Of a DNA stretch of 64,000 nt, positions 45,230-59,007 are shown one piece after another. This DNA comes from Octopus vulgaris (lineage: Eukaryota), in assembly GCA_951406725.2 (NCBI GenBank), contig OX597821.1, positions 31,682,001-31,746,000 of the forward strand. The letters run 5' to 3'. The number at the start of each line of letters is the position of its first letter. The stretch's first letter is position 1. The notes under the pieces were generated by a model. That model saw only the letters and a program-made list of their open reading frames with translations. It was not told where the DNA came from and searched no databases. Both the position numbers and the translations under genes were made by a program.

Positions 45230-47425
45230 TTAAAGGAATACGTCTAAAAATTTTCATAGTAAGGGGCTACGTTCCTTGAACACTGAGAAGTGAAAATATT
45301 CAACATACACTAAAAAAAAAACTGAGAAATTGAAAGGTAAGAAAATCCACTGAAACAGAGGGAAGATAACCATAAGTTATTTAGCTGCCTGCTGATGAGA
45401 CCCTCCTAATAAGTTTTTTGTTTTGGGGACAGAAAAGATGAAGGTACATGATCGTCCTTGACTTTTCTTAGAAATGTATTGTATATTCACAAAGGACGTT
45501 AATGGTGGGATTATGCTGGTGTACGGGAAATATAATCAAATATGCGATTCATTGTGATTTGTTGCCTCATTTTTTTATTTCCTTCCTTGCAGATATAGTC
45601 TTTATTCTTCGTTTGATTTTAAGAACGGGTTCTTTAAATGTAAGCTCGCTGCTCAGGTGAGATATTTCAGTTTGTTTTACCTAACTCGTCATATAGTGAC
45701 GGTTATGAGTAGATTTAACGATATTAATGAGATGCTGTTTCTTAATGAAACCACATTGCAATTAAGGTGTTTTATTATAGTTTTTCTAATAAAGGAAACG
45801 TCGGTTCACACGAATGCATGTCTTACAATGCTATTTGAAGACTACAGAAAATATTATTACTTGATACTGCACACACGACTTGATGCATAAACACAAGCAT
45901 ACAGATACACTAACATACGCGCACGTATACACACAAATGTGTGTTAATATGTATATAAATATGCATATATGCATGTTCAGAAGCGGTTTAACGTTAAATA
46001 TAGTCTTTGTGTACGATATTGCTATTTAATACAAGTTGTAAATCTCGATTTGACACAAATTCATTATTTGCAAGATAAACGTCCAAACATTTGAAGAATC
46101 TTGTATAAATACATATCTGAAAGATATTATATTTATGTGAATTCCCCTGGCAAATGTGACCGTAGTCGTGAATGATGTCGTCTCAAAACGTATCATTGTT
46201 TAGATTCATTAGGCCGGTAATTCCTTCCTTTATTCTGAATTATATAAATTTCATGTACAAATCGCTTTCTAAGTTTGTGAATGTAATTTAGAAGAACTTA
46301 TTTATTCCGCTTCCCTCTTCTGTTTGCGTTTGGTATTGCTGCAGTTTCCAGGAATAAATATGAAATGACAATAAGTGGACTTATATTTTTCCTTGTTATC
46401 TATCGTTTATTTTAAATATGCATACATATACATACAAATATATATATATGTGTGTATATGTATATATGTGTGTGTATATGAGACTGTGTGTGTAATACAT
46501 TATATAGATATATATAGACAGATATAACTAGCACTCTTTCTTTCTCTCTCTCTCACATGCACACATGGACACACACACACTCATATATATATATATCAAC
46601 TGATTAACACGAATATTATTATATTTTTACAATCATTATCCTACAATGGTGATGTCGAATAGTCGCTGACTTATTTATCATCGTATAATATACAGGAATT
46701 TGTACATAAGTGAATGGAGTAAACTTTGCTGACTATTTCGTCTAAATTTAAGCTATTGTCAACAAATACAATTGCCAGTGTATACAAATACTTAAATCTC
46801 TGTTTATACGGCAAACCGAATTGACGAACTACTCTCAATCTTTCTTTCAGACTTTAATATAAGAATCATTTAGTGAGTTAGCGTCAACGTAAGTGAATGT
46901 GTATTGTTTTTGTTTTTGATTTTTTTTTATATTCTGCTTAATATAATTAACTCTAATATTGTGAATACGTATAATGAAATATTCGTTTATTTCAAATACT
47001 ATTGAAATATAAATAAATGTCGGTCATCAAATGAATTGAATTAAACAGAGATTATAGTTATGTCAAGCGCGCGTACCACTTGTCTTAAGTTCGAAGTGAA
47101 TGTTGTTAATGAATATGGAAAATCAGAGACTGCAGGCATAAGATTCGCTTCAGAATAGCCACTTGGTAACACATTTCACTTTTGCAATAGCAGTATTTCG
47201 CGTTATATTAGACTGAGAGTCACAATGCTCGGCCATCATTCATTTACTATGTAAATGGAGTAGACAAAATATGCACGGCTCCTACATGTTTACAGTAACC
47301 TATTTTGTATGGCATGACTATCTGATTGTTGTTGCTTTAGGAGAATCTCGTCTTTAACATTATTTCAATAGGTCTCCGGTCTGTCGGATACCTCCATTAA
47401 CCGAGGTTCGTCCTCCTTTTTTCCG
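45230..47425 (+). pseudogene. Decayed intron-containing reverse transcriptase gene (Ty3/Gypsy/caulimo-like)
   Basis: RYMIVLDFS 45442; clean exon 45593-45656 YSLYSSFDFKNGFFKCKLAAQ; QIAF..FAFGIAAV-PGI 46258-46356; exon 46851-46888; EIIVMS..AGIRF..VTMLGH 47048-47236; PLTE ~47415. YxDD itself is not recognisable. Confidence 0.58.
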
Positions 47426-47659
47426 TAGTCATTCGCTATTTAAATTCAAGAAAAGAAATCGAGGACACTGAAGCTTTCCGATTTAGTAATAATAACAATA
47501 ATGGTGTCGCATTTTGGCACAGGGCCAGTAATTTTTAGGAAATGATAAGTCGATTACATCGACCCCAGTGATCGATTAGTAATTATTTTATAGACTCCGA
47601 AAAGATGAACGGCAAAATCGACCTCGGCGGAATTTGAACTCAGAGCATAAGCAATAATG

Positions 47660-47733
<74 letters not shown>

Positions 47734-47917
47734 CATAATTATAATTATAATTATAATTATTATTATAATTATACTTATTATTATGATGATGATGATGATG
47801 ATGATAATAATAATAATAACGATGATGATGATGATGATGCTAATAATAATAATAATGATAATAATAATATTAATAATAATAATAATTATTATAATAATAA
47901 TAATAATAATAATAATA

Positions 47918-47955
<38 letters not shown>

Positions 47956-47959
47956 TTTT

Positions 47960-49425
47960 TTTTTCCTCTTTCAAATCTGCTTCCATCTCTTGCTGAGTGT
48001 CTTCCCGACTCCTAGGGTAAAGAAACTCATAGTACACACCGGTAGGCCATCAAACCAAACTCAATAGTTCGTTCATTTTTTTTTTTTTTTAGTTAAATTA
48101 AAATACATGGGTAGTAATAATTCTCACATCGACAATGCTCTTCTCAATACGTGTGATGTACCAGTTAAGACAATCTTTTGTACTTCTTGCAGGGATGGTA
48201 AGCCAGGGATCATTTTCATATAATTTTCGGTTCCCTTCTTGATCATTCCTACTGCTCCTACGATCACTGGTATTGTAACCGCCTTGAGATGCCACGTTTT
48301 CTCAATTTCAATGAGTAGGTCTTTATTTTTTCTGAGCTTGTCAAACTCTTTCGCTGAGATATTATGATCACAGGGGATGTTCATGTCGATCAATAATCAA
48401 ACTTTATTGTTTTGGTCTTTCACAACAATATCTGGTTTATTGGCTTTGATGGTTCGGTCTGTATGTACTGGAAAGTCCCACAGAATCGTTACATTTTCTC
48501 CTTCAGTTACAGCCTCAGGGTGGTGATTATACAACTTGTCGGCAGTTTTGATATTGTAATGCCGACTTATTAGCCAGTGTAGATATTGGCCAACTCTGTC
48601 ATGTCTTAATTTATACTCCACTGGTGCTAAGACTTTACATCCAAGGATTAGGTGGTCCACTGTTTCAATCGTGTCGTTGCAGAATCGGCATTTTGGGTCT
48701 GCTCCATTTTTCATCACATTGGCCTGGTAGTTCCAGGTTAAGAGGCTTTGATCTTGAGCAGCCAGGATGAAACCATCGCTATCTGCTTTTAGCCCTGAGC
48801 TCCGTAGCCACTGATGGGTTTGCTTCTGGTCAACATCAGCTTGTTTGCTGCGGGCCACATACTTGCCGTGCAGAGGTTTCTCCTCCCACGTATCAGCCAA
48901 TTGCTCGTGCGCTTTCTTCGTTGCCATTATTTTCACCTTCTTTGCAACAATAGTTGCCATACTTCCCTTGGGTTGTTCAGTTTGGGTATCCTGCACGAAA
49001 TCAATAGCAATATTTTTGCTTTCCTTTATGATAGAATGAAGCTTCTTTCGTCTCTCATGATTTTCCACGAGCTTTAGCATCCAGTCATTCGTTATTTCAA
49101 GATATTTGGCCAGTCCAATTGCGGTTGTTTTGTAAGCTAGTTCAAATTGGATCAGGCTTTGACCTCCTTGGGCCCTGGGAAGGTAAAGGCGATCTACGTC
49201 TGCCTTTTGATGGTGCATCCTATTACAACTCCGCAGCTTGCGTATTTTCCTATCTATATTCTTTACTTCACTCATATTCCAGTTCAACACATTGTAGCTA
49301 TAAGTAACAACTGGAACTGCTAAGGAATTTATAGCTAACACCATGTTACGTGCATTTAGTTCAGATTTCAGGACTGCACGAACTCTCCTATAACATTCCT
49401 TCCTGATCTTCTCTTTTTCATGCTT
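47960..49425 (-). mobile_element. R4/Dong-like LINE, 5'-truncated, in (TAA)n
   Basis: DVDRLYLPR..GG, KPLHGKY, AAQDQSL, CRFC..ETVDHLILGC, RHD, ILWDF..TD..KPD..D; (TAA)n on both sides; separate 3'-end copies at 52030-52200 (+) and 50190-50590 (+). Confidence 0.92.
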
Positions 49426-49441
49426 GTTATTATTATTATTA

Positions 49442-49533
<92 letters not shown>

Positions 49534-49548
49534 ATTATTATTATTATT

Positions 49549-50104
49549 GAGTGAGAGAGCAGTGCATGCCATCAAAGTGACACTGGGGTAAAATATACGA
49601 AGCCCAATATACCTATCATGACTACCCGTCTGATAAAGGTACACCAGGCACATGCATCACAACCATATGTGCGCGACATGGTGATCTCATATCAAGATAA
49701 ACAGCACATGACCTTGCAGGTGGGGCCCAGTTAGAATTTTCTTCAGGTTGAGTAGCCCATCCCGCTCAAAAGGTCCCCGAATAAGGGTTGTTTAAGGATG
49801 TTGAAAGAACCACCCATGTTTCCAGAGGTGAATTATTCAAACCCCAAAGAATCCCTCTCAACACATGGCTATGATGCTCCCCCACTACTTCTGCTCGTGA
49901 TCAGAGATGCACATATCGTCAGCCACTAAGGGACATGCTCAACTGGTTAAGGTCAAACAACTGACAAGCAAATCTGTGGTATTGAGCAGAATATTTGGTG
50001 TAGCCCATCTTTTATACCAAGACAAAACAATGTACAGGATAACACTTCCAATCAGTTAAGATCAGAAGCCATGAGAGCCACTGCCTGGTACTGCATCAGG
50101 GCAT
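49549..50104 (-). mobile_element. Non-coding (TAA)n-associated interspersed repeat (other copies 50875-51320 +, 51490-51858 +, 2680-2722 -)
   Basis: Shared end ..GATGGCATGCACTGCTCTCTCACTC followed by (AAT)n. Confidence 0.8.
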
Positions 50105-50114
50105 ATTATTATTA

Positions 50115-50191
<77 letters not shown>

Positions 50192-50597
50192 GATAAGGAA
50201 AAGCAAATCGCTTGATTATCGACCCAACATGCCTGTTTGATTCCAGGATCGTAAAGAAAGAGGAGGGAAAACAAGTCATACAATCACTTAAAATTTGAAA
50301 TAGAAAGAACTGGGAGTATGCGAAGAGTAAAGGTCATACCTACATTTGGTGCGTTAGGAAGAGTAATCAAACATATAAACAAATGGCTGAGGGTATGCTC
50401 GAATAGAATCCCCGATGAAGCTTCTACACAATTTTTGTCACTTAGGGACAGCAATGATGATTATCAAGAGGGCTATAAGCACTTGAAAGAGTGCTGAAAA
50501 ATTGTGCATACCTAAGGTTACAGGCAGTAACCCGCTGCACACATAAATCCTACCAGGAAATAGAGCGAACCAGAGCCAAACGAACATACTGCCGCTG

Positions 50598-50631
50598 ATG
50601 CTGCTGCTGCCACTATTACTACTACTACTAT

Positions 50632-50676
<45 letters not shown>

Positions 50677-50698
50677 AACGACTACTACTACTACTACG

Positions 50699-50795
<97 letters not shown>

Positions 50796-50807
50796 TTACT
50801 GCTGCTG

Positions 50808-50843
<36 letters not shown>

Positions 50844-51319
50844 ATAATAATAATAATAATAATAATAATAGTAAATATTCTGCTCAGTACCACATATTTG
50901 CTTGTCAGTTGTTTGACCTAAACCAGTTGACCATGTCCCTTAGTGGCTGACGATATGTGCGTCTCTGATCATGAGCAGAAGTAGTGGGAGTGCATCATAG
51001 CCGTGTATTGAAAGGAATTCTTAGAGGTTTGGATAATTCACCTTTGGAAACATGGGTGTTTCGTTCAACATCCTTAAACAAACCTTATTCAGGGACCTTT
51101 TGAGCGGAATGGGTTACTCGACCAGGAGAAAATTCTAACTGGGCCCCACCTGCAAGGTCATGTACTCTTTATCTTGATATGAGATCAACATGTCGCGCAC
51201 ATATTGTTGTGATGCATGTGCCTAGTGTTTCCTATCAGACGGGTAGTTATGATGTGTATACTAGGCTTCGAATGCATTACCCCAGTGTCTCATTGATGTC
51301 ATGCACAGCCCTCTCACTC

Positions 51320-51366
<47 letters not shown>

Positions 51367-51405
51367 CAACAACTACAACAACAACAACAACAAAACAATA
51401 ATAAT

Positions 51406-51486
<81 letters not shown>

Positions 51487-51893
51487 GAATGGCTTGTCAG
51501 TTGCTTGACTTTAACCAGTTGAGCATTTCCCTTAGCGACTGATGATATGCGCGTCTCTCATCACGAGCAGAAGTAGCGGGGGTGCATCAGAGCCATGTGT
51601 TGAGAGGAATTCTTTTGAGTGGTTCATTCGACATCGTCAAATAACTCTTATTCAGGGAAATTTTGAGTGAATGGCCTCGGGACCTGAAGACAATTCTAAC
51701 TGTGCTCCATCTGCAATGTCATGCACTGTTTATTTTGACATGAGCCCATCAGGACGCATACGTATACCCTTGTCAGGCAGGTAGTCATAAAATATGTACC
51801 GGGCTTGGTATATTTTACCGCCAGATCACTTTGATGGCATGCACTTCTCCCTCACTCAATAATAATTACAATAATAACAACAACAACAACAGC

Positions 51894-51958
<65 letters not shown>

Positions 51959-51985
51959 TAATAGTAATAATAATAATGATAATGA

Positions 51986-52031
<46 letters not shown>

Positions 52032-52215
52032 GTGAGAACTATTACTACTCGTGTATTTTAATTTAACTTTCAAAAATTAACGAACTAGTGAGTTTAGTTT
52101 TGTGGCCTACCAATGTATACTATGAGTTTCTTTACCCTAGGAGTCGGGAATATACCCGGCAAGAAATGGAAGCAAATTTGAAAGAAGAAGAAAAAAGATA
52201 ACAATAATAATAATG

Positions 52216-52274
<59 letters not shown>

Positions 52275-52378
52275 GAGAAGAAGGAGAAGAAGAAGAAGAA
52301 GAAGAAGAAGAAGAAGGAGAAGAAGAAGAAGAAGAAGAAGAAGAAGAAGAAGAAGAAGAAGAAGAAGAAGAAGAAGAA
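50598..52378. repeat. (TAC)n, (TAA)n and (GAA)n microsatellite cluster
   Basis: Direct read. Confidence 0.95.
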
Positions 52379-52678
52379 TGACAATAATAGGAAGTTAGAG
52401 AAAGTTCGATTTTACTAGTTATTACCCATTTATTTGTCCAATTATTTGTTTCGAAGAACGACGGGTTACATGTATCCATGTGGTCACGAAGAAACGCGGC
52501 TTTTCTTCTGTCACATGCACATATTCCTTTGTCTTCGAAACATATGTCGAAAGTGAAAGAATTTGAACAGCATCTGCATTCAACTCCATTTATTTAGTTG
52601 AGGTGATGTCTTCTAGTGCCTCCAAATTTAATACACATTTATTAATAATTGAGACTCAATTATTTATAATTGAAGAAT

Positions 52679-52768
52679 CCTACGCTGAAGAGAAAAAAGT
52701 TGGGTAAGATATAATTATTTAATTTTTATGCTTTCCTATGACTTAATTTCGAAACGTACGTCCGTTGG
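52679..52768 (+). ncRNA. Type I hammerhead, canonical core, long stem II
   Basis: CCTACG CTGAAGA GAAA..AAGTT...GACTT..TTTC GAAA CGTACG TC CGTTGG; palindromic stem III ACGTACGT. Confidence 0.8.
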
Positions 52769-52969
52769 TGACTTAATATAGAATGATTGTCGTCATTCCT
52801 TTCTCTTTTGCCTGAGTTGGTTGCCTTTTAAGTGCTGTGATATTACTGGGATCTCCCTTTTAAGTAGAAAGAATAGCCATACCTCTTTGACTGCTATTTC
52901 TAAATTCAGTGTGTGGTGAGGCAAATCGTTGCTAAACCCTTAATTACTTAGTATAAATATATATATATA

Positions 52970-53384
52970 GGCGCAGGAGTGGCTGTGTGGTAAGTAGCTT
53001 GCTAACCAACCACATGGTTCCAGGTTCAGTCCCACTGCGTGGCATCTTGGGCAAGTGTCTTCTGCTATAGCCCCGGGCCGACCAATGCCTTGTGAGTGGA
53101 TTTGGTAGGCGGAAACTGAAAGAAGCCTGTCGTATATATGTATATATATATGTATGTGCGTGTGTGTTTGTGTGTCTGTGTTTGTCCCCCTAGCATTGCT
53201 TGACAACCGATGCTGGTGTGTTTATGTCCCCGTTACTTGGCGGTTCGGCAAAAGAGACCGATAGAATAAGTACTGGGCTCATAAAAGAATAAGTCCCGGG
53301 GTCGAGTTGCTCGATTAAAGATGGTGCTCCAGCATGGCCGCAGTCAAATGACTGAAACAAGTAAAAGAGTAAAAGAGTAAAGAG

Positions 53385-53385
<1 letters not shown>
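52970..53385 (+). mobile_element. tRNA-derived SINE family B (also 38192-38582 -, 40982-41385 +, 43785-44241 -, 14880-14990 - partial)
   Basis: GGCGCAGGAGTGGCTGTGTGGTAAG..GGTTCAGTCCC head, CTTGGGCAAGTGTCTT core, internal microsatellite, (GTAAAAGA)n tail. Confidence 0.9.
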
Positions 53386-53430
<45 letters not shown>

Positions 53431-53449
53431 TATATGTATATATATATGT

Positions 53450-53537
<88 letters not shown>

Positions 53538-53625
53538 GTACATATATATATATGTACATATATATATATATATAGATACATACACACACACATATATATA
53601 TATATATATGTGTATATATATATAT

Positions 53626-53662
<37 letters not shown>

Positions 53663-54300
53663 CATACAGAGACAGCGATATATAGATAGATAGATAGATA
53701 GATGAGAAGTAAGATAGGTAGACTGGAAAGCAGTTAGGGAGGTAGGAAGGGAGCTGGGGGAAGGACAGAGAGAAGCAGTGGCACCCACATGTATCACTGC
53801 AACATTTGTTTAAGGAATGTGGATATTGTATCACGAGTTATATAATAATACACTTTTGGGGAAGTAAGAAGCGAAACTACAAAAGCCAGACATTTATTAT
53901 AAAAGAAATATAAAATATATCACACAAAATATTATATAAAGGAGACAGTTTTGGCGTTTCAATAAGAACAAATATATAATAATTGGTATAGGAGTCGGTA
54001 TCAATTGGATGTGATTGAATAATATGTTTTAATAAAACTTCTAAAATCTAATTATCTGAAATTGAAAGTTGATTAAATATACGCATATACACGAAATAAA
54101 AGTACCAGTATATTTGAGTGATATGTATATAAATTTGTGTGTATGTATACATATATGTATGTATTTGTATACACATACAAACACACACACACATACACAA
54201 ACACACATATATAGATATATAGATATGCGTATATATATATATGAATGTATATACGTTATGTGTATATATGAATATATATAAATATATATTTATATACATG

Positions 54301-54354
<54 letters not shown>

Positions 54355-54399
54355 TAGATATATATACTTATATATATATATATACACATATATATATAA

Positions 54400-56025
54400 A
54401 GTTCAACCCCTCCTCCACGGGGTGCAGCCTGGGCAACGCGAGCACAGCAAGCCAGCTGTGCTAGTGGCAAACGGGGCTCTGACAGTCATCAAGTCCTCAA
54501 CGGTGGAACAGGCGGATGAAGTTGCCTTAACAACTCAACGGCTGTGAAGGCGGACGAAGGCGGCAGCAGACCATCGACTCCAATCGTCTCGGTTTACCTT
54601 GCCATTGGGTCAATTTGGTGGTCTGTCAAGTTTACGTGTGCTTTACTGGGCGTGCGACCTCAAGCACACGTCAAACATTTTCACGCACAGGTGTCTTCGC
54701 CACCACTCTTCTTATTCTTTCCAAGTCTTTCGGCGATCGGCGATGGATGACGGGAGCAGGCTCGTGAAGGCTGGAGGCTCCTAGTGCAGAACCGGCACGG
54801 ATGCTGTGGTTACATGAATTAGTCGCTCTATCTTTCGGAAGAAGCAGGGAATATGTTCGGCAGCAGTATCCACGACTGAGCAGCCCTGTTTAGGATCCAC
54901 TCTGCTCACCCTGAATTGGGAAGGGGCTAGAAAAGGTGCCCTAAACATAGTCTGCTTCACCCCAATCATGTCTGGAAAACCGCGTCCAGAGGGATCACCA
55001 TCATGCGGTCGAAAATCAAGATCAAGATACGCAACGCTGAAATTCGGGACCTGGAATGTCAGGACTCTCATAGATAACACCAACTCAGACAGACCCGAAA
55101 GGCGAACTGCAATCATCGCCCGGGAACTCCATCGATTCAATTTTGACATCGTAGCTCTCAGTGAAACCCGGAGAGCCGGAGAAGGCCGGCTGAGAGAAGA
55201 AGGCGATCAATACACCTTTTTCTGGAAAGGTTACGATCCCGACCATCAATGGATCCATGGTGTGGGTTTTGCAATACGAAGCACCATCCGATCCAAACTG
55301 ACAGAGCAGCCCATCGGAATGTCTGCACGACACATGACCCTCCGAATCCAGCTTGTCAAACGTCAGCACGCAACTATCGTCAGCGCGTATGCTCCCACCC
55401 ATGACGCGGAGGATTTAGTCAAGAAAGAGTTTTACAGCCAGCTTGATAGCATTCTCTCTACCGTCCCAACGCTGTCTTCTTTTTAAGATCCTTAACATCA
55501 GCTGGGAAGACAGAAGAACAAACGTCAGCGTGCTACAAGAAGCAAAAATGACCAGCATCGAAGCCTGTGTCATCAAAGGCCAACTAAGATGGAGCGGCCA
55601 CGTGGTTAGAATGACTGACGAACGACTTCCCAAACAGATCTTCTACTCCCAACTCAAAGACGGCAAGCGTACAAAAGGAGGCCAGAAGAAACGCTACAAG
55701 GACTCCCTTAAAACGAACCTCAAAAAGTGTGACATCGACTTCACTAACTGGGAGGAAACGGCAAAAAACAGACCACTCTGGAAAACCACCATCCATGAGG
55801 GAACGGCGACTTTCGAGTCGAAAAGGTCTGCAGAGCTGGAGGAGAAAAGACGACGATGGGAGGAGCGCCAACAACAACCACATGTGACTCTCCCTTCCGG
55901 CAATAGATGTCCGCACTGCGACCGATCTTTTCAAGCATGAATTGGTCTTATCGGTCACCTACGGACTCACCAGTAAATTTGCGCGAAGACCATCATCCTC
56001 GACCTTGAGGGATTGCCGTCATCAT
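54400..56025 (+). mobile_element. RTE (BovB-like) LINE with internal deletion of the RT
   Basis: APE endonuclease (GTWNVRTL, DIVALSETR, GVGFAI, SAYAPT) joined at ~55465 directly to QRCL..ILNISW..LRWSGHVVRM..CPHC. Confidence 0.92.
54407..54476 (+). ncRNA. HDV-like ribozyme, 3' portion (5'-truncated), at RTE 5' end
   Basis: CCCC TCCTCCAC GGGG TGCAGCCT GG GCAA CGC-AGCACAGC/GCTGTGCT-GTG GCAAA CGGGG fits P3/L3, P1', P1.1, P4, J4/2, P2'. Confidence 0.55.
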
Positions 56026-56060
56026 ACATACATAGAGAGAGATATATCACAACACATACA

Positions 56061-56094
<34 letters not shown>

Positions 56095-56104
56095 TATATA
56101 TATA

Positions 56105-57055
56105 TCAGGTCATCCCATAAGTTATGTCCGAATTTTGAATATAGAAAACAGGTGAACAAATGTTATATTTAATTGAAATTTAATCATCAATGTGCTATCC
56201 TTGATTATCTATGATTTCCTTCCATCTATTTACAAGCTTTTTAATCCCATCAATGTGAAACTCTTTTGGTTTCAAAGCGAAGAACTCTGAAATGTCAATT
56301 TCGACCTTTTCCTGACTTGAGAAATTTATTACCCCTAAATGATTCTGTAAACTATGAAACAAATGATAGTCTGAAGGAGCAAGGTTGGGAGAATAAAGTG
56401 GATGGGGAATTTTCTCCCAACCAAGCTTTTCGATCTTCTGTGATGTGATATTTGCAGTGTGGGAACGCGCATTGTCCGGATGAAACATGACGCCTTTTCG
56501 ATTCAGTAAAGTGGATTTGTTTCTTCAAAGCTTGGTACAATTGCTCTAATTGCTGACAATAGACTTGAGCATTGATTGTTGCATTAGGTGGTAACAATTC
56601 AAACTGGTTTACTCCTTTGCAATCCGACCAGATAGAGAAAAGCACTTTTTGCCATGAAGACCCCTTCTCGGTTGTGATTGAGCTTTTTCTCTTTTACCAA
56701 GCTGCTGTTTACGACGTTTAACGTTTCGATGCAAGATCCATTTTTCGTCACCAGTCACAAGTCTATGCAAAAAAGGTGAAAGGAATTAGTGAGAATGGAG
56801 AGAAGAGCAGATGTTTATTCGGGATTTGCGGTTGCTTTCGGGCAATAAATGAGGCACCCATTGTCCAAGTTTAGGAACCTTTCCATGTTTATGAAGATGA
56901 CGATGAACAGTTGTATGGTTTGAACAAAGCTTTATCGGCAATTGTTTCAAATGATGAAGCAGGATTTTCTTCAAGTAATGCCAGAAAGTGCTTACCATCA
57001 AACTCAACTGGACGTCCTGTGCGATCTTCATCTTCAAGGCTGAAATTTCCACTTA
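56105..57055 (-). mobile_element. mariner (DD34D) transposon fragment with one TIR
   Basis: WVPHLL, VTGDEKWI, DNARSH, YSPNLAPSDYHLF; TA-flanked TCAGGTCATCCCATAAG terminus. Confidence 0.92.
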
Positions 57056-58087
57056 CTTTCTTTTTTAAGATTCTACTTTTATTTCATCTTATTGTATTTT
57101 ATAAACCCATTTTAATCGTTTAATTTATAGATACTTCGATATAGCGTGTTCTATTTTGCATGTCTTTTATCCGAATTTTCTTAATATGCACTCATCAATT
57201 TTTTTAAGTATGTTTATACATGGATATATATGTATGCATGTATTCACTTGCATTTGTGTGGATGTTTACGTACTTATTTCCATATATATATATATATATA
57301 TAAGTATGTATGTGTGTGTGGATCTTATATGTGTATTTATTGGTAACATACAATTTTGTATACAAATGTATACGGAATTTTATTTTGTATACGTTCGTTA
57401 CACGTATACAGCCTCCTATCCTTCTTTTCCTTCATTACAGAAAGTATTTCTTCTCCCCTTATTCGTTTCTTGTATAGAGTCCTTTAATTATGCGTGCCTC
57501 ACCCCTTCTCTCACTCACATCTGTCACACACTAACTGTCACATATAAGAGCTTTCCTTCTCTCATTCTTTACCCCTCTCTTCGTTTTAATATTTACTTCT
57601 CGTATATAAGTATACATCAAGTGATTTTTGCATGCGACCATGATTGCGTATATATGCACACATATGAATATGTGTATTTGTGTGTACATCTACGTCTTAC
57701 ATATATATGTCAGCATAAGTATGTAGTCTGTGTATATTATCCATCTGTGTATTTTGATGTATATATGTAATGCAGGATGAAAATTTTAATTTTTAATGTA
57801 TTAAATGTATTAATCGAATTATATTTCGTGTATAATTATTTGTAATACGTATTTTGAATCGGCTCTTCGATTTAAGGTTTTTCCTCAATTTTTATAATAG
57901 TATCAATTTACATTGAATTCATTTATTTTGTTTATTTTGTTCATTTCATGCTTAAGACCGTTAATTGAAAGGGCCAGTGAGACAAATCCATTTTTAAAGG
58001 TGTATCCTTTAACTAGTTTTGATCATATCGTTATTTCTGAAACTCCGAGTAACAGCTTTTGTTATATTTCTGCTGCTTTTAAATAAA

Positions 58088-58126
<39 letters not shown>

Positions 58127-58132
<6 letters not shown>

Positions 58133-58415
58133 ATCTAGTTTCAGCTCACGAGCTGTGGTCATGCTGGGGCACCGCCATCCGGTGTTACTACATGATTTTA
58201 CTTCACGAATGCTTTTTAGCAATTGTCATTTGGTACGTGAGAGAGTTCTATGCAGCTGCCCTCATCTGCACCTCCTGCCGTGAAATTGGTTCATCTGGAA
58301 CACCTGACAGGAAGAGATCTAGTTTTATTTTAAAGACATCTGCATCCACCCCATGCAGGTCTCTCAGGTCATTCGGGGGGATATTGAAGAGCTGTGGACC
58401 TCTGAAACCCAGGCT
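58127..58415 (-). mobile_element. CR1/L2-group LINE 3' fragment
   Basis: SLGFRGPQLFNIPP.DLRDL..VFKIKLDLFLSGVPDEP. Confidence 0.75.
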
Positions 58416-58792
58416 ATATGGGGTGGAAGAGCACAAACGCGCCGCATTAACTCGACCTTTAAGCTTATATTAACTATATTATTTGGTTTCGTAGAAAGAA
58501 ATGCATACGCACGTTTGTACATACAGTAGCATGATATATTTGCTGATATGTGTAATTCAAGATATACTTATGTAATCGCTACACTCTAAATATATTTGGT
58601 TCATTTCAAAGAAAAGAAATGCCAAATGGACGCCCTAAAGATTACAAAGGAAGAAAATTCTCATATAATTACGAATGATTACCTGTAATTAGCTGAAGAC
58701 GCTCCTAGTAGTTTATGCGTTTACTACTAGCCTAAAGAATATATGTGCATGTGTTCATGAGTGTGTTTCTGTACTTGCGTATTTAGGCATGC

Positions 58793-58831
<39 letters not shown>

Positions 58832-58864
58832 CACACACACATATATATATATATATATACATAT

Positions 58865-58923
<59 letters not shown>

Positions 58924-58966
58924 TATTCATATCTGTACGTATGTATGCATAAATGTATGTGTGTGC

Positions 58967-59007
<41 letters not shown>

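Noticed and set aside
45388-45450. CTGATGA...GAAA hammerhead-like motif
   Set aside because: Stem II closure and stem III fail; it overlaps the in-frame RT exon, so likely chance.
48397-49653. 418-aa ORF as a gene
   Set aside because: Chimera of a non-coding repeat, (AAT)n and a truncated R4 LINE.
52970-53040. tRNA genes
   Set aside because: A/B boxes belong to SINE heads; no complete cloverleaf seen.
57156-57770. 204-aa ORF
   Set aside because: Low-complexity degenerate TA/TG/CT repeat sequence.
58010-58060. GAAA CTCCGAG TA half-hammerhead
   Set aside because: No intact CUGANGA box or stem I partner found.
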